A stretch of DNA of 64,000 nt from a bacterium (GTDB lineage: Bacteria; Zhuqueibacterota; Zhuqueibacteria; Residuimicrobiales; Krinioviventaceae), in NCBI GenBank assembly GCA_963674595.2, contig CAXXFV010000023.1, forward strand, positions 32,001-96,000, read 5' to 3'. Made by a program: the position numbers and the translations under genes. The notes beneath the pieces are model-generated. The model did not search any database. It saw nothing but the letters and a program-made list of their open reading frames with translations, and was not told where the DNA came from. Below are positions 48,834-58,420 of the stretch, in pieces; position 1 is the first letter of the stretch; every line of letters starts with the position of its first letter.

Positions 48834-50183
48834 CTATTTTTTACGCCTGCACACGATTGTAACACAAAGCAGTAAAAACACAGCCGTCATGCTGAAAAAC
48901 AGAGACTGACGGATGAAATAGGTCTTTTTACCCTCTGTCGGCATGAATGAATAGGCAAGCGGTGGTTTAAATAAATAGGTTTTAACGTTTGTCCAGAAAA
49001 AGGCCTTGTCTTTTAAAAGCATTGAATAAATGTTGCGGATCTCTTCACAATTTGGTGTTCGGCGGTATTTTATGATCGCGTTTTTAACAAGCTGTCCTTT
49101 AACGACCCGGTTACACCAAGAGAGCGGAACGGTAACAATAGAATCTTTACCGGCATCTATATCCAGCTTTTCCCATTCCCAGTCCTTATAAATCCTGGCA
49201 AAAGTGCTGTCAAAAGCATCATACTGGTTCAGGTGAAAAAGGTCTGCCGTATTAAGCACAAGACCATTTCTGTCTGTAATATAAATGTGGCTGTGTGCCA
49301 GGTCTACAAATGTCCACCGGTTCTGTTCTTTGATATAAGATTCAGCCCAGGAATGCCCTGTATAGGTAATGGTATTGTCCTGGGTATTGGCCCCAAAAAG
49401 ATAACGCGTGGGAATTCCGGCCCGATTGGCAAAAAATGTATAAATTTGTGCGTGTTGGGTGCACCATCCTTTGCCGGTGCCGTTTACCATTTCCTGGTAA
49501 ATCAACCAGGGATTCATCCAGCGAAAATCATCTTTTGGTACGCCCCGAGCATTTTTTAAGGCAATTCTGAGGTACTTTGATAATTTTTCCATTTTTGTAA
49601 AAGTGGGGTCTGATGGAAGAATGCCCATTTCATTACAAATAATGTCATCCGCTTTTTTTAAATTTTCTTCACCAACATAGGCATAATCATCCAGCCAGTA
49701 ACTCACGGGGTATTGTTTAAAGGAGCCGTATGGTACGTCTGACGTTATGGTATAAACATCATTGCGTTTCATACCACGTTCTGCATAATATTCTTTAGAA
49801 ATAAAACGTATATCGAAATCAAGGTTCGGACCGTTGCCTTCCGGCAGGGGTTTTAAGGTATATTTTTTATATTCAAGCTCATCTCCGTTTAGTTTTATTC
49901 TGGGCTTTGTACCATAAATGATTTCTGTTGGTACATCATCAATAAAAAGCTGCCATTTTTCAGCCTGTCCGGACCAGGTAATATTCAGTTCCAGAACATC
50001 CCGATCAATTATTTTCCAGTTTTTAATGCTGGGTACATCCAGCGGGTAATAGAGCGTTGCATAGCTGGTGGGGTAATAGGATTGTTCCCAGTCGCGTTTT
50101 AAAAACACCCAAATATTTACAATGAGTAGAATGATTAAGAGGAAAGCGGTCCATAAAACAGGACGGTTCAGAGAGCATTTCAT
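48834..50183 (-). CDS. Membrane-anchored transglutaminase-like (Cys-His-Asp) protein
   Basis: N- and C-terminal TM helices; GWCTQHA...AGIPTR, GHSWAE, WTFVD triad. Confidence 0.8.
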   Translation of the reverse strand: MKCSLNRPVLWTAFLLIILLIVNIWVFLKRDWEQSYYPTSYATLYYPLDVPSIKNWKIIDRDVLELNITWSGQAEKWQLFIDDVPTEIIYGTKPRIKLNGDELEYKKYTLKPLPEGNGPNLDFDIRFISKEYYAERGMKRNDVYTITSDVPYGSFKQYPVSYWLDDYAYVGEENLKKADDIICNEMGILPSDPTFTKMEKLSKYLRIALKNARGVPKDDFRWMNPWLIYQEMVNGTGKGWCTQHAQIYTFFANRAGIPTRYLFGANTQDNTITYTGHSWAESYIKEQNRWTFVDLAHSHIYITDRNGLVLNTADLFHLNQYDAFDSTFARIYKDWEWEKLDIDAGKDSIVTVPLSWCNRVVKGQLVKNAIIKYRRTPNCEEIRNIYSMLLKDKAFFWTNVKTYLFKPPLAYSFMPTEGKKTYFIRQSLFFSMTAVFLLLCVTIVCRRKK

Positions 50184-50246
50184 TTTTTTCTCCTTTATAC
50201 GAGCGTATGATTTTATGCATCAATGTCGTACAAAGCAAGAAAAAAA

Positions 50247-51683
50247 TCAAGCTGTTTTAGAATTTTTTAATTGTTTTAATATAGAGGGTAAATATTGAAA
50301 AAGATAATCAATGTCCTGCAGGGTATTTTCAAGACCAAAGCTGAAGCGGATAATTCCATAATCCCTGGTGTCGGTTCCGAGAGAACGAATAACATGCGAG
50401 GTTTCCGTACTTCCCGCACTACAGGCCGACCCGGAGGAAACGTATATACCGATTTCATTTAAACTTAATAAAAGGGCACCGCTGTCAATGCCTTTAAACC
50501 CAATATTCAAATTATTGGTGAGCCTGTTATTTAAAGAACCGTTTATGATAAAATCAGAGGTTGTATTTTTCAGTTTTTCGAGAAAATATGTTTGCAGTGT
50601 TTTAAAACGATTATATTCCTGAACTCTTTCACTAACAGCAATTTTGGCAGCTTTTGCCAATGCGGCGATATAGGCAATATTTTCAGTACCGGCACGTTGC
50701 CCATGTTCCTGACTGCCGCCGTGAATAAGGGGTGATATTTTTGTGTCTTTGCTGATATATAAAGCACCAATGCCTTTGGGAGCATAAATTTTATGTCCGG
50801 ATAATGATAACAATGAAATACCGGTGGTTTTTGGAGCAAGTTGTATTTTGGCAAAAGCCTGAATGGCATCAACCATAAATGGAATGTTGTACGTGTTGCA
50901 AATTGCACCAATTTTGTCAATTGGGTTTATTGTTCCGATTTCATTATTAACCGCCATTATAGAAACAAGAATAGTATTTTTTTTGATCATTTTTTCGAGA
51001 TTGGTAATATCTACCAAACCATCGGGTGTAATATCCAGATAAGAAACCTGAAATCCCAATGTTTCCAGCCATCGCAGTGTTTTCAGAACAGAGGAATGTT
51101 CGTATTTACTGCTGATAATATGTCCCTTTTTATCAAGATGTTGAAAAGCAATTCCTTTTATGGCAAGATTATTGGCCTCTGATCCGCTTCCGGTGAAAAT
51201 AATCTCTTCCGGCAATACATCAAGCGTTTTGGCAATTGTGCTCCGTGCTTTTTCAATTTCTTCATAGGCATTTTTTCCAAGAACGGTGCTGTTACTGGGA
51301 TTACCAAAACCAAATGGATTATCAAAATAGTTATTGAGGACCTTTTTGACTTCGGGACGGATATAGGTTGTTGAATTATGGTCCAGATAAACATGCCGGA
51401 TTTTGTCTACATCAACGTGGGCAATGGGTTTACAGCCGTCATTCGTTGTTTGTATGGGAATGCCGACCCATGAATATACCGAGTTTAATTCATGCGGGAA
51501 CAAGCTTTTCAACTCTTCTCTTGTTACCCCCAATGATTTATATAGGATATGATAAAGCGGTCCAACACGATATTTATGATAATGCTCGTAGGCAAAATTT
51601 AAAATTTCGTAATGCCTGTGGTCAAGTGTTGTATTTGTTAAGCGGGCCATTTGGTGAATGGTTGTTTTGACAAGATTATCCAT
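50247..51683 (-). CDS. Group I cysteine desulfurase (IscS/NifS-like) with N-terminal TusE/DsrC-like domain
   Basis: YLDHNSTT, FTGSGSEANN, NNEIG, SGHKIYAPKG, RAGTEN, SSGSACS; residues ~10-85 resemble the DsrC helical fold and end in GC. Confidence 0.85.
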   Translation of the reverse strand: MDNLVKTTIHQMARLTNTTLDHRHYEILNFAYEHYHKYRVGPLYHILYKSLGVTREELKSLFPHELNSVYSWVGIPIQTTNDGCKPIAHVDVDKIRHVYLDHNSTTYIRPEVKKVLNNYFDNPFGFGNPSNSTVLGKNAYEEIEKARSTIAKTLDVLPEEIIFTGSGSEANNLAIKGIAFQHLDKKGHIISSKYEHSSVLKTLRWLETLGFQVSYLDITPDGLVDITNLEKMIKKNTILVSIMAVNNEIGTINPIDKIGAICNTYNIPFMVDAIQAFAKIQLAPKTTGISLLSLSGHKIYAPKGIGALYISKDTKISPLIHGGSQEHGQRAGTENIAYIAALAKAAKIAVSERVQEYNRFKTLQTYFLEKLKNTTSDFIINGSLNNRLTNNLNIGFKGIDSGALLLSLNEIGIYVSSGSACSAGSTETSHVIRSLGTDTRDYGIIRFSFGLENTLQDIDYLFQYLPSILKQLKNSKTA

Positions 51684-51697
51684 AATTTCTTTCTCTG

Positions 51698-52582
51698 TTA
51701 AAAATCGCCGGCGGATGGATACATGTGAAACGGAAAACCATTTTGTGAACGTTGCATGGCATCTACTATGGTTTCGAAAATTTTAAACGGCATTGCCAGT
51801 CCCAGCCGTTCTGCCTCATACTGGGCTATAATTCGGCTTCCAAGACAATAGGATGAAACATTTATTTGTTGTTCGAGATAAGGACGGGCAATCAGATCGG
51901 AGCCGACCGCACGCAGCCCTCCCATATTGGCGATGACTCTTTTTCCTGTATCGTATTGAAAAGCCTGAATAATACGTGTCAGTTCTACCGGTCTGACATC
52001 ACATAAAACCAGGTCAGGCTCAAGGTCATAGTCCTTTGAATAAAAAAACACGGCCTGTGTCGTTGCCGGTTGAATGGCCGTCATCTCCGCTACGGCTGCT
52101 TTGGCGGTATCAACATCTTTGAATCTGCCGCTGTCCTTTTCACCAAAAAGACAAAATTCTTTTTTACCGGCTGCATGACAGGCATAAACAAGACCGTCTG
52201 TAAAATCTTTGGGAGAAGGCGGAACAAAATTGTTTTTTTCGTTATATTGTTCGCGCATTAAATCCGTATAAACTCGCGGACCTTTTAAGGGATTTGGATC
52301 ATTCTGATCTACGAGTCCGAGAGAAATTGCAGCGGCAATACAGCCGATGTTTTCTTTAGACAGGCATATTGCATCACCTGTTGACGCTTGTCTTACGGCC
52401 TGGCAAGATGTCAGCGAAATAGAGTCGGGATGATGCTCCCATACTGCGTCCGGAACAGTGTCGGTTTGTTTGTAAATTTTGATAAAAGTAGTGGGTATTT
52501 CCAGTCCCTCTATGCCGAAACTGTGTACCAGATTATCATAAAGGTGTGTCAGGTCGATTTCTTTCATCTCCTTGAATTCCAT
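51698..52582 (-). CDS. DUF169 (COG2043) family protein
   Basis: SCQAVRQA..G, IGC.AA..SLG, EPDLV, SYCLGSR, LAMP. Start uncertain (52582 chosen; ORF open to 52636). Confidence 0.75.
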   Translation of the reverse strand: MEFKEMKEIDLTHLYDNLVHSFGIEGLEIPTTFIKIYKQTDTVPDAVWEHHPDSISLTSCQAVRQASTGDAICLSKENIGCIAAAISLGLVDQNDPNPLKGPRVYTDLMREQYNEKNNFVPPSPKDFTDGLVYACHAAGKKEFCLFGEKDSGRFKDVDTAKAAVAEMTAIQPATTQAVFFYSKDYDLEPDLVLCDVRPVELTRIIQAFQYDTGKRVIANMGGLRAVGSDLIARPYLEQQINVSSYCLGSRIIAQYEAERLGLAMPFKIFETIVDAMQRSQNGFPFHMYPSAGDF

Positions 52583-52781
52583 TGTGTTATGTCTGTTTGT
52601 AGAAAAGAAGATCAAAATAGTATTCAAAAAATACAAAAATCATACCATGTTACATTGTGAAAAAAGTCTTTATTTTTTTCAAGAAATAAACTATGTTTCA
52701 GTACATAAAGATTGCTTGCTGTTATTATATATTTTTAATCTCATATTTTTGTTATTGAAAATCCGTTAATGAGGAGAAAAG

Positions 52782-55343
52782 ATGATCAAGTTCCCTTTTC
52801 AAAATCTTGACCTGCCCTTTAAAGATCGGGTTGAGGATTTTGTAAGCAGAATGACGTTGGAAGAAAAAATTTCACAAATGGTGCACGATGCCCCGGCAAT
52901 AGAAAGACTGGGTGTTCCCAAATATAACTGGTGGAATGAATGTTTGCATGGTGTCGGCCGTGCCGGATTGGCAACAGTTTTTCCGCAGGCGATTGGTATG
53001 GCGGCTGCTTGGGACGCTGAGATGATGTTTGATATAGCAACCGTTATTTCAGATGAAGCGCGGGCCAAACATCATGAATATTTGAGACAGGATAAACATG
53101 AAATATATCAGGGACTCACCTTTTGGACGCCCAACATCAATCTGTTCCGCGATCCCAGATGGGGGAGAGGCATGGAAACCTATGGTGAAGATCCCTATTT
53201 AACGGCTAAACTGGCTGTTCCGTTTATTAAAGGATTGCAGGGAGATAATGAAAAATACCTGAAACTGGTCGCTACGGCAAAACACTATACGGTCCATAGC
53301 GGACCGGAAATTGATCGTCACACTTTTGACGCTCAAACAAGTGATCGTGATTTTTGGGAATCCTATATGCCTCATTTTGAAGCCACGATTAAAGAAGCAA
53401 ATGTTTACTCTATCATGTGTGCCTATAATCGTTTTCGTGGAGAAGCCGCCTGCGCCAGTAATTTTTTAACAAATGAAATTTTACGGGACCAATGGGGATT
53501 TGACGGCTATGTGGTTTCTGACTGCGGCGCCATTTATGACGTTTTTGCCCATCATAAAGTTGTCAATTCAAAACCGGAAGCGGCGGCGCTGGCTGTTAAA
53601 TCGGGAACGGATTTGAATTGCGGCTGTGTTTATAACAGTCTTGGCGAAGCTGTGCAGCAGGGATTGATTACGGAAGCGGAAATTGATGTTGCTGTTAAAC
53701 GATTGTTCCTTGCCCGTTTCAAATTGGGAATGTTTGACCCGGAACAAGATGTGTCCTATGCGCAAATTCCCTATTCTATTGTGGACTGTGACAAGCATAA
53801 AAAAATCGCTTTGGAAGCTGCTCAAAAATCAATTGTTTTACTGAAAAATGAAAATAATTTATTGCCATTGTCCAGGGATGTCAAATCCGTGGCTGTTATA
53901 GGTCCAAATGCCAATGATGCGGACACGCTGCTGGCAAACTATAACGGATATCCTGCTGATCCGGTTACGCCGTTACGCGGTATTCAGGAAAAAATCGGAG
54001 CGGATAAAGTTTCTTTTGCCTACGGCTGTTCCTGGGCCAAGGAATTGCCGCTCATGGAAATAATCCCCTCTTTAGCATTATTCACAAAAGAAAATGGAAC
54101 AGTTGTCAACGGACTCAAGGCGGAATATTTCAATAACCGCGATTTATCCGGTGAACCTGTTTTTTGCCGGATTGATAAAGAACTTGATTTTACCTGGTGG
54201 GAAAAAGCGCCGGCCGATAATTTAAATGCCGACGGTTTTTCAATTCGCTGGACAGGCAAACTTGTCGCACCGGATTCCGGCAGATATGCCATTGGTGCCA
54301 ACGGTATGAGCGGCTACCGGATTTATTTACAGGAAGATTTGCATGTTGATTATGAGAGTCCGGATGAAGCGGTTACGCAATATGAGTATATTGATTTGCA
54401 AAAAGGACAGGAATATAAACTGGAAATAGAGTTTTACAAAACGAACGGAACCAGCAAGTTTCAATTGCTTTGGGAACAGCCGAATGTCGATTTACAAAAT
54501 CAGGCCCTTGATATTGCCGCCAAGTCGGATGTTGTTGTTATGTTTATGGGACTTTCACGCCGTCTTGAAGGCGAGGAGATGAAAGTTAAAGTGCCTGGGT
54601 TTGATAATGGTGATCGTGTTGAAATTGCGTTACCGGCGGTACAGGATGAACTGATGAAAAAAATTCATGCACTTGGAAAACCGGTTGTGCTGGTGCTGTT
54701 GAACGGCAGTGCGGTTTCATTTAACTGGGCGGCAGACACTGTTCCGGCCATTGTTGAAGCCTGGTACCCAGGTCAGGCTGCCGGACAAGCCATTGCGGAT
54801 GTCCTGTTTGGTGATTATAATCCGGGCGGACGGTTACCGGTGACTTTTTACAAATCTGTTAATCAACTGCCGCCGTTTCATGATTATAACATGCAGGGTA
54901 AAACCTATCGCTTTTTCAGAGAAGAACCTTTATATCCGTTTGGTTATGGATTGAGTTACACCAATTTTAAATACAGCAACTTGCAAATGCCAAAAACTGT
55001 AAAATCCGGAGAAAATGTCCGGGTTTCTGTTGATGTTGAAAATGGCGGGCAACGGGCCGGGGATGAGGTTGTACAGCTTTATGTTACGGATGTTAAAGCA
55101 ACGGTCCCGGTACCGATATGTTCTTTGCAGGGTTTTAAAAGAATATCTTTAGAACCCGGACAAAAGCAGACAGTGGAATTTGTTTTAACACCCAGACAGG
55201 TGTCTGTAGTTGATGATGATGGTAATTTCGTTGTTGAACCGGGAGAATTTGAAATTTTTGTCGGTGGTAAACAACCGGGATTTATCGGTCGCTGCGACGC
55301 AGAAACAACACAGGTTATCAGTCAGGTGATTGAGATTAGTTAA
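52782..55343 (+). CDS. GH3 beta-glucosidase/beta-xylosidase with PA14 insert and Fn3-like domain
   Basis: WWNECLHG, RDPRWGRGMETYGEDP, KH, YVVSDC nucleophile, SIVLLKN, EGEE, WYPGQ, FGYGLSYT. Confidence 0.95.
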   Translation: MIKFPFQNLDLPFKDRVEDFVSRMTLEEKISQMVHDAPAIERLGVPKYNWWNECLHGVGRAGLATVFPQAIGMAAAWDAEMMFDIATVISDEARAKHHEYLRQDKHEIYQGLTFWTPNINLFRDPRWGRGMETYGEDPYLTAKLAVPFIKGLQGDNEKYLKLVATAKHYTVHSGPEIDRHTFDAQTSDRDFWESYMPHFEATIKEANVYSIMCAYNRFRGEAACASNFLTNEILRDQWGFDGYVVSDCGAIYDVFAHHKVVNSKPEAAALAVKSGTDLNCGCVYNSLGEAVQQGLITEAEIDVAVKRLFLARFKLGMFDPEQDVSYAQIPYSIVDCDKHKKIALEAAQKSIVLLKNENNLLPLSRDVKSVAVIGPNANDADTLLANYNGYPADPVTPLRGIQEKIGADKVSFAYGCSWAKELPLMEIIPSLALFTKENGTVVNGLKAEYFNNRDLSGEPVFCRIDKELDFTWWEKAPADNLNADGFSIRWTGKLVAPDSGRYAIGANGMSGYRIYLQEDLHVDYESPDEAVTQYEYIDLQKGQEYKLEIEFYKTNGTSKFQLLWEQPNVDLQNQALDIAAKSDVVVMFMGLSRRLEGEEMKVKVPGFDNGDRVEIALPAVQDELMKKIHALGKPVVLVLLNGSAVSFNWAADTVPAIVEAWYPGQAAGQAIADVLFGDYNPGGRLPVTFYKSVNQLPPFHDYNMQGKTYRFFREEPLYPFGYGLSYTNFKYSNLQMPKTVKSGENVRVSVDVENGGQRAGDEVVQLYVTDVKATVPVPICSLQGFKRISLEPGQKQTVEFVLTPRQVSVVDDDGNFVVEPGEFEIFVGGKQPGFIGRCDAETTQVISQVIEIS

Positions 55344-55348
55344 AAAAT

Positions 55349-55377
55349 AAAAGGACAGCTTAAAGCTGTCCTTTTTT
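55349..55377. terminator. Bidirectional intrinsic terminator
   Basis: AAAAGGACAGCTT-A-AAGCTGTCCTTTTTT between convergent genes. Confidence 0.88.
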
Positions 55378-55390
55378 CTATTATGAAATT

Positions 55391-56710
55391 CTAAATAACA
55401 AACGTCAGTATTGCAAATATATCAATAATCACAAGCGTCAGGGAAACCTCTTCTTTTTTTCCTGTTAAAACTTTTATGGCAGTCCAGCTTAAAAATCCCC
55501 ACACAATACCCTGGGTTATGGAATAGGTTAATGGAATAAGTATCATTGCCAAAAATGCAGGGATGGCGTCGTCATATTCGGACCAGTTTATTTTCAACAC
55601 CGGTTTCATCATAAATACGCCCACAAGGACCAGCGCCGGGGCCGTGGCAATTGTCGGAATGATGGAAAGGACCGGAGAAAGAAACATAAAGGGTAAAAAT
55701 AATATCCCGGCAACAACCGCTGTTAACCCGGTGCGGCCGCCCTGTTCAATACCGGCGGCAGATTCAATATAACTGGTACCGGCGCTGGTGCCGAACAGTC
55801 CGGAAATGGTTGTTGAAAAACCGTCAACAATTAATGACTTTTTTATATTTCTCGGTTCACCGTCTTCGTCCCGCAAATCTGCCGCTTCAGCCACACCGAT
55901 AAAAGTCGACAAGCTGTCAAACATGTCCGTAAATAAAAACGCAAAGATAACCGGCCACAAGGCAAATTTTAAAGAGCCGGTAAAATCCAGGGCAAACATA
56001 ACACTAAAATCCGGTTTGGCAAAAAGGCCTTTCCAGGTTACCAGTGTAGATGTTCCGAAATTAATGGCAGAAGCGTCACCATAGAGTCGGCCGATTGGAA
56101 ACGCTAAAATTGTGGTTGCAATGATGCCAAAAATCAAGGCGCCGTTTATTCGTTTAATGACCAAAATAGACGTGACTAACATTCCCAAAAGAAAGGTGAT
56201 GGTAATTGCGTTCAATTCACCAATGCCGTTGATAGTAGATGGATTTGCTACGATGAATTTGGCGTTAACCAGTCCGATAAACGAAATAAACAATCCGATA
56301 CCGCCGGCTACGGCATAGCGCAATTGTTGTGGAATGGCTTTAACGATAAACGTTCTGATGTTTAATATGGACAGGACCAAAAAAACAATTCCGGACCAGA
56401 ATACAGCGCCCAGTGCCGTGCGCCAGTCTACTCCCATTCCTACGACAATGGAATAGGTAAAAAATGCATTGATCCCCATACCGGGTGCGAGAATAATCGG
56501 ATTGTTGGCATAAAGTCCCATGGCAATGCTGCTGAATGCACTGACGAGTATTGTTGCTGTTAAAACACCGCTGAATGGCATCCCGGCATCACCAAGAATG
56601 GACGGATTGACAATAATAATATACAAAGTCGCCAAAAAAGAGGTGATTCCGGCGATAATTTCAACTTTAACGGATGATTGATATTCTTTTAATCGGAATA
56701 ACCGTTCCAT
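55391..56710 (-). CDS. NCS2/AzgA-family purine permease
   Basis: EIIAG.T.F...YII.VNP, LAPGMGINAFF, GIGLFI, YIESAAG..QGGRTG, PLTYSI..G. Confidence 0.92.
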   Translation of the reverse strand: MERLFRLKEYQSSVKVEIIAGITSFLATLYIIIVNPSILGDAGMPFSGVLTATILVSAFSSIAMGLYANNPIILAPGMGINAFFTYSIVVGMGVDWRTALGAVFWSGIVFLVLSILNIRTFIVKAIPQQLRYAVAGGIGLFISFIGLVNAKFIVANPSTINGIGELNAITITFLLGMLVTSILVIKRINGALIFGIIATTILAFPIGRLYGDASAINFGTSTLVTWKGLFAKPDFSVMFALDFTGSLKFALWPVIFAFLFTDMFDSLSTFIGVAEAADLRDEDGEPRNIKKSLIVDGFSTTISGLFGTSAGTSYIESAAGIEQGGRTGLTAVVAGILFLPFMFLSPVLSIIPTIATAPALVLVGVFMMKPVLKINWSEYDDAIPAFLAMILIPLTYSITQGIVWGFLSWTAIKVLTGKKEEVSLTLVIIDIFAILTFVI

Positions 56711-56724
56711 TGTTTACTCCTTTA

Positions 56725-57378
56725 TTAAAAAGTCCACTTGATTGCCAAGGTCGGCATAAACTCAACTTTGTCTGTTGGTAAAAAGTTTTTACTGATTTCA
56801 ACTTCGCTGCCGATTGCAATTGTCGAATTCAGATTATACCACACCTGCGGTTCTGCCTGTAAAACATTTTTTTTGATACCGTTAATGTCCTGTGACCATA
56901 TATCCATATACCCGGTAAAATGGATTTTATCATTGTAAAAAGAATTGAACCAGACAAATGTTAGTTGATAATCCGGGGCATCGGACGTATACATATTTCG
57001 GTACAAAATTTCGGTATTGATCACTGTAATGCCCAGATTAACCGGATACATGAATCCAACCATCCAGGCGTTGTGTAAAGGACCCCATAAAGCAGCGCCG
57101 TCGTTATATTGAATGGTTGCCGACAACTTTTTATTACCAACCGGCAGGGTAAAATAACGTGCAATTTCCCAATATCCGAGGGACATGCTTTTGTTGCCCT
57201 CATTATCATAATCCATATCTACAAACCAAAAGGTGCTCCCCAATTTGTCTGTTTTAAACATTTCCAGTGTTGTGGTTACATATTTTCTGTTTTCTCCCAT
57301 ATCATAATGGACCTGAAGGTTTTGTGAAAAAATATTTTGTGTTAAAAACAGTAAAACAAAAGTAATATAGAATTTCAA
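56725..57378 (-). CDS. DUF5020 (Tsx-like nucleoside channel) outer-membrane protein
   Basis: TTG start at 57378 after AGGAG; QNLQVHYD, TTTLEMFK.D..GSTFWFVD, YWEIAR, EPQVWYN, PTLAIKWTF. Confidence 0.75.
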   Translation of the reverse strand: MKFYITFVLLFLTQNIFSQNLQVHYDMGENRKYVTTTLEMFKTDKLGSTFWFVDMDYDNEGNKSMSLGYWEIARYFTLPVGNKKLSATIQYNDGAALWGPLHNAWMVGFMYPVNLGITVINTEILYRNMYTSDAPDYQLTFVWFNSFYNDKIHFTGYMDIWSQDINGIKKNVLQAEPQVWYNLNSTIAIGSEVEISKNFLPTDKVEFMPTLAIKWTF

Positions 57379-57580
57379 GAAAATTCTCCTCAAAATAGTA
57401 AAAAAAAATAAATTTTTGTATAATATGATAAATATATTTTTTTTATGAATAAAAAACAATCATGAAATAAAGAGACTGCTTTTTTAACAAGCCTGTTTAT
57501 ACTTTTAATTATTTTTACTATCTTGAATATGAGAAAAAGTGATTTCAAACGAAACGATTTATCACACATTTCGTAAATGA

Positions 57581-58408
57581 ATGAGTAATTTCATTAAAAG
57601 GTGTTTTATGAAAACCTGGCGTTCCAAATTTCATGAAATTATATTTGAGGCGGATACCAAAGCCGGCAAATTGTTTGATGTGTTGTTGATTATCATCATT
57701 TTGCTGAGTGTTTTTGTTGTTATGCTGGACAGCGTCCATGCTTTCCGGGACCAGTTTGGGTCTCTGCTTTATGCACTCGAGTGGCTTTTTACTATTCTAT
57801 TTTCCATAGAGTATATTCTTCGCCTTATGTGTGTCGGCAGACCTGTTAAATACGCAACCAGTTTTTACGGTGTAATCGATTTTCTGGCAGTTGCACCAAC
57901 CTATCTGAGTTTGTTGCTGCCGGGAACACAATTTTTGCTCGTCATTCGGTTGTTAAGGATTTTGCGTATTTTCAGGGTCTTTAAGCTGGTGCAATATATC
58001 CGTGAAGCCGGTCAGTTAAACCAGGCATTGCGTGCCAGCCGCCGTAAAATAACCATCTTTTTATTTATTGTGCTGGTTTTGGTGGTTATTTTCGGTTCGC
58101 TCATGTATGTTATTGAAGGAGAGAAAAACGGTTTTACCAGTATTCCGCGCAGTATTTACTGGGCCATTGTTACGCTTACAACAGTGGGATATGGTGACAT
58201 CTCTCCCAAAACCAATTTGGGTCAGGCCTTGGCAGCTATTATTATGATATTGGGTTACGCTATTATTGCTGTTCCAACCGGTATTGTTACCGTGGAAATG
58301 AGCGCGGCCATGTCCCGTGATATTTCAACACAAGCCTGCCCTCAATGCAGTGCCGAAGGGCATGACAAGGATGCCAAGTTTTGTAAATATTGTGGTGCAA
58401 AATTATAA
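57581..58408 (+). CDS. Voltage-gated-type 6TM potassium channel with C-terminal zinc ribbon
   Basis: S4 RLLRILRIFRVFK; selectivity filter TTVGYGD; CPQC...CKYCG. Start may be 57608. Confidence 0.92.
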   Translation: MSNFIKRCFMKTWRSKFHEIIFEADTKAGKLFDVLLIIIILLSVFVVMLDSVHAFRDQFGSLLYALEWLFTILFSIEYILRLMCVGRPVKYATSFYGVIDFLAVAPTYLSLLLPGTQFLLVIRLLRILRIFRVFKLVQYIREAGQLNQALRASRRKITIFLFIVLVLVVIFGSLMYVIEGEKNGFTSIPRSIYWAIVTLTTVGYGDISPKTNLGQALAAIIMILGYAIIAVPTGIVTVEMSAAMSRDISTQACPQCSAEGHDKDAKFCKYCGAKL

Positions 58409-58420
58409 AGTGACACGTGG

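Noticed and set aside
57379-57580. Purine riboswitch upstream of DUF5020/NCS2
   Set aside because: AT-rich sequence without the conserved aptamer core or three-stem structure by eye; an Rfam scan would settle it.
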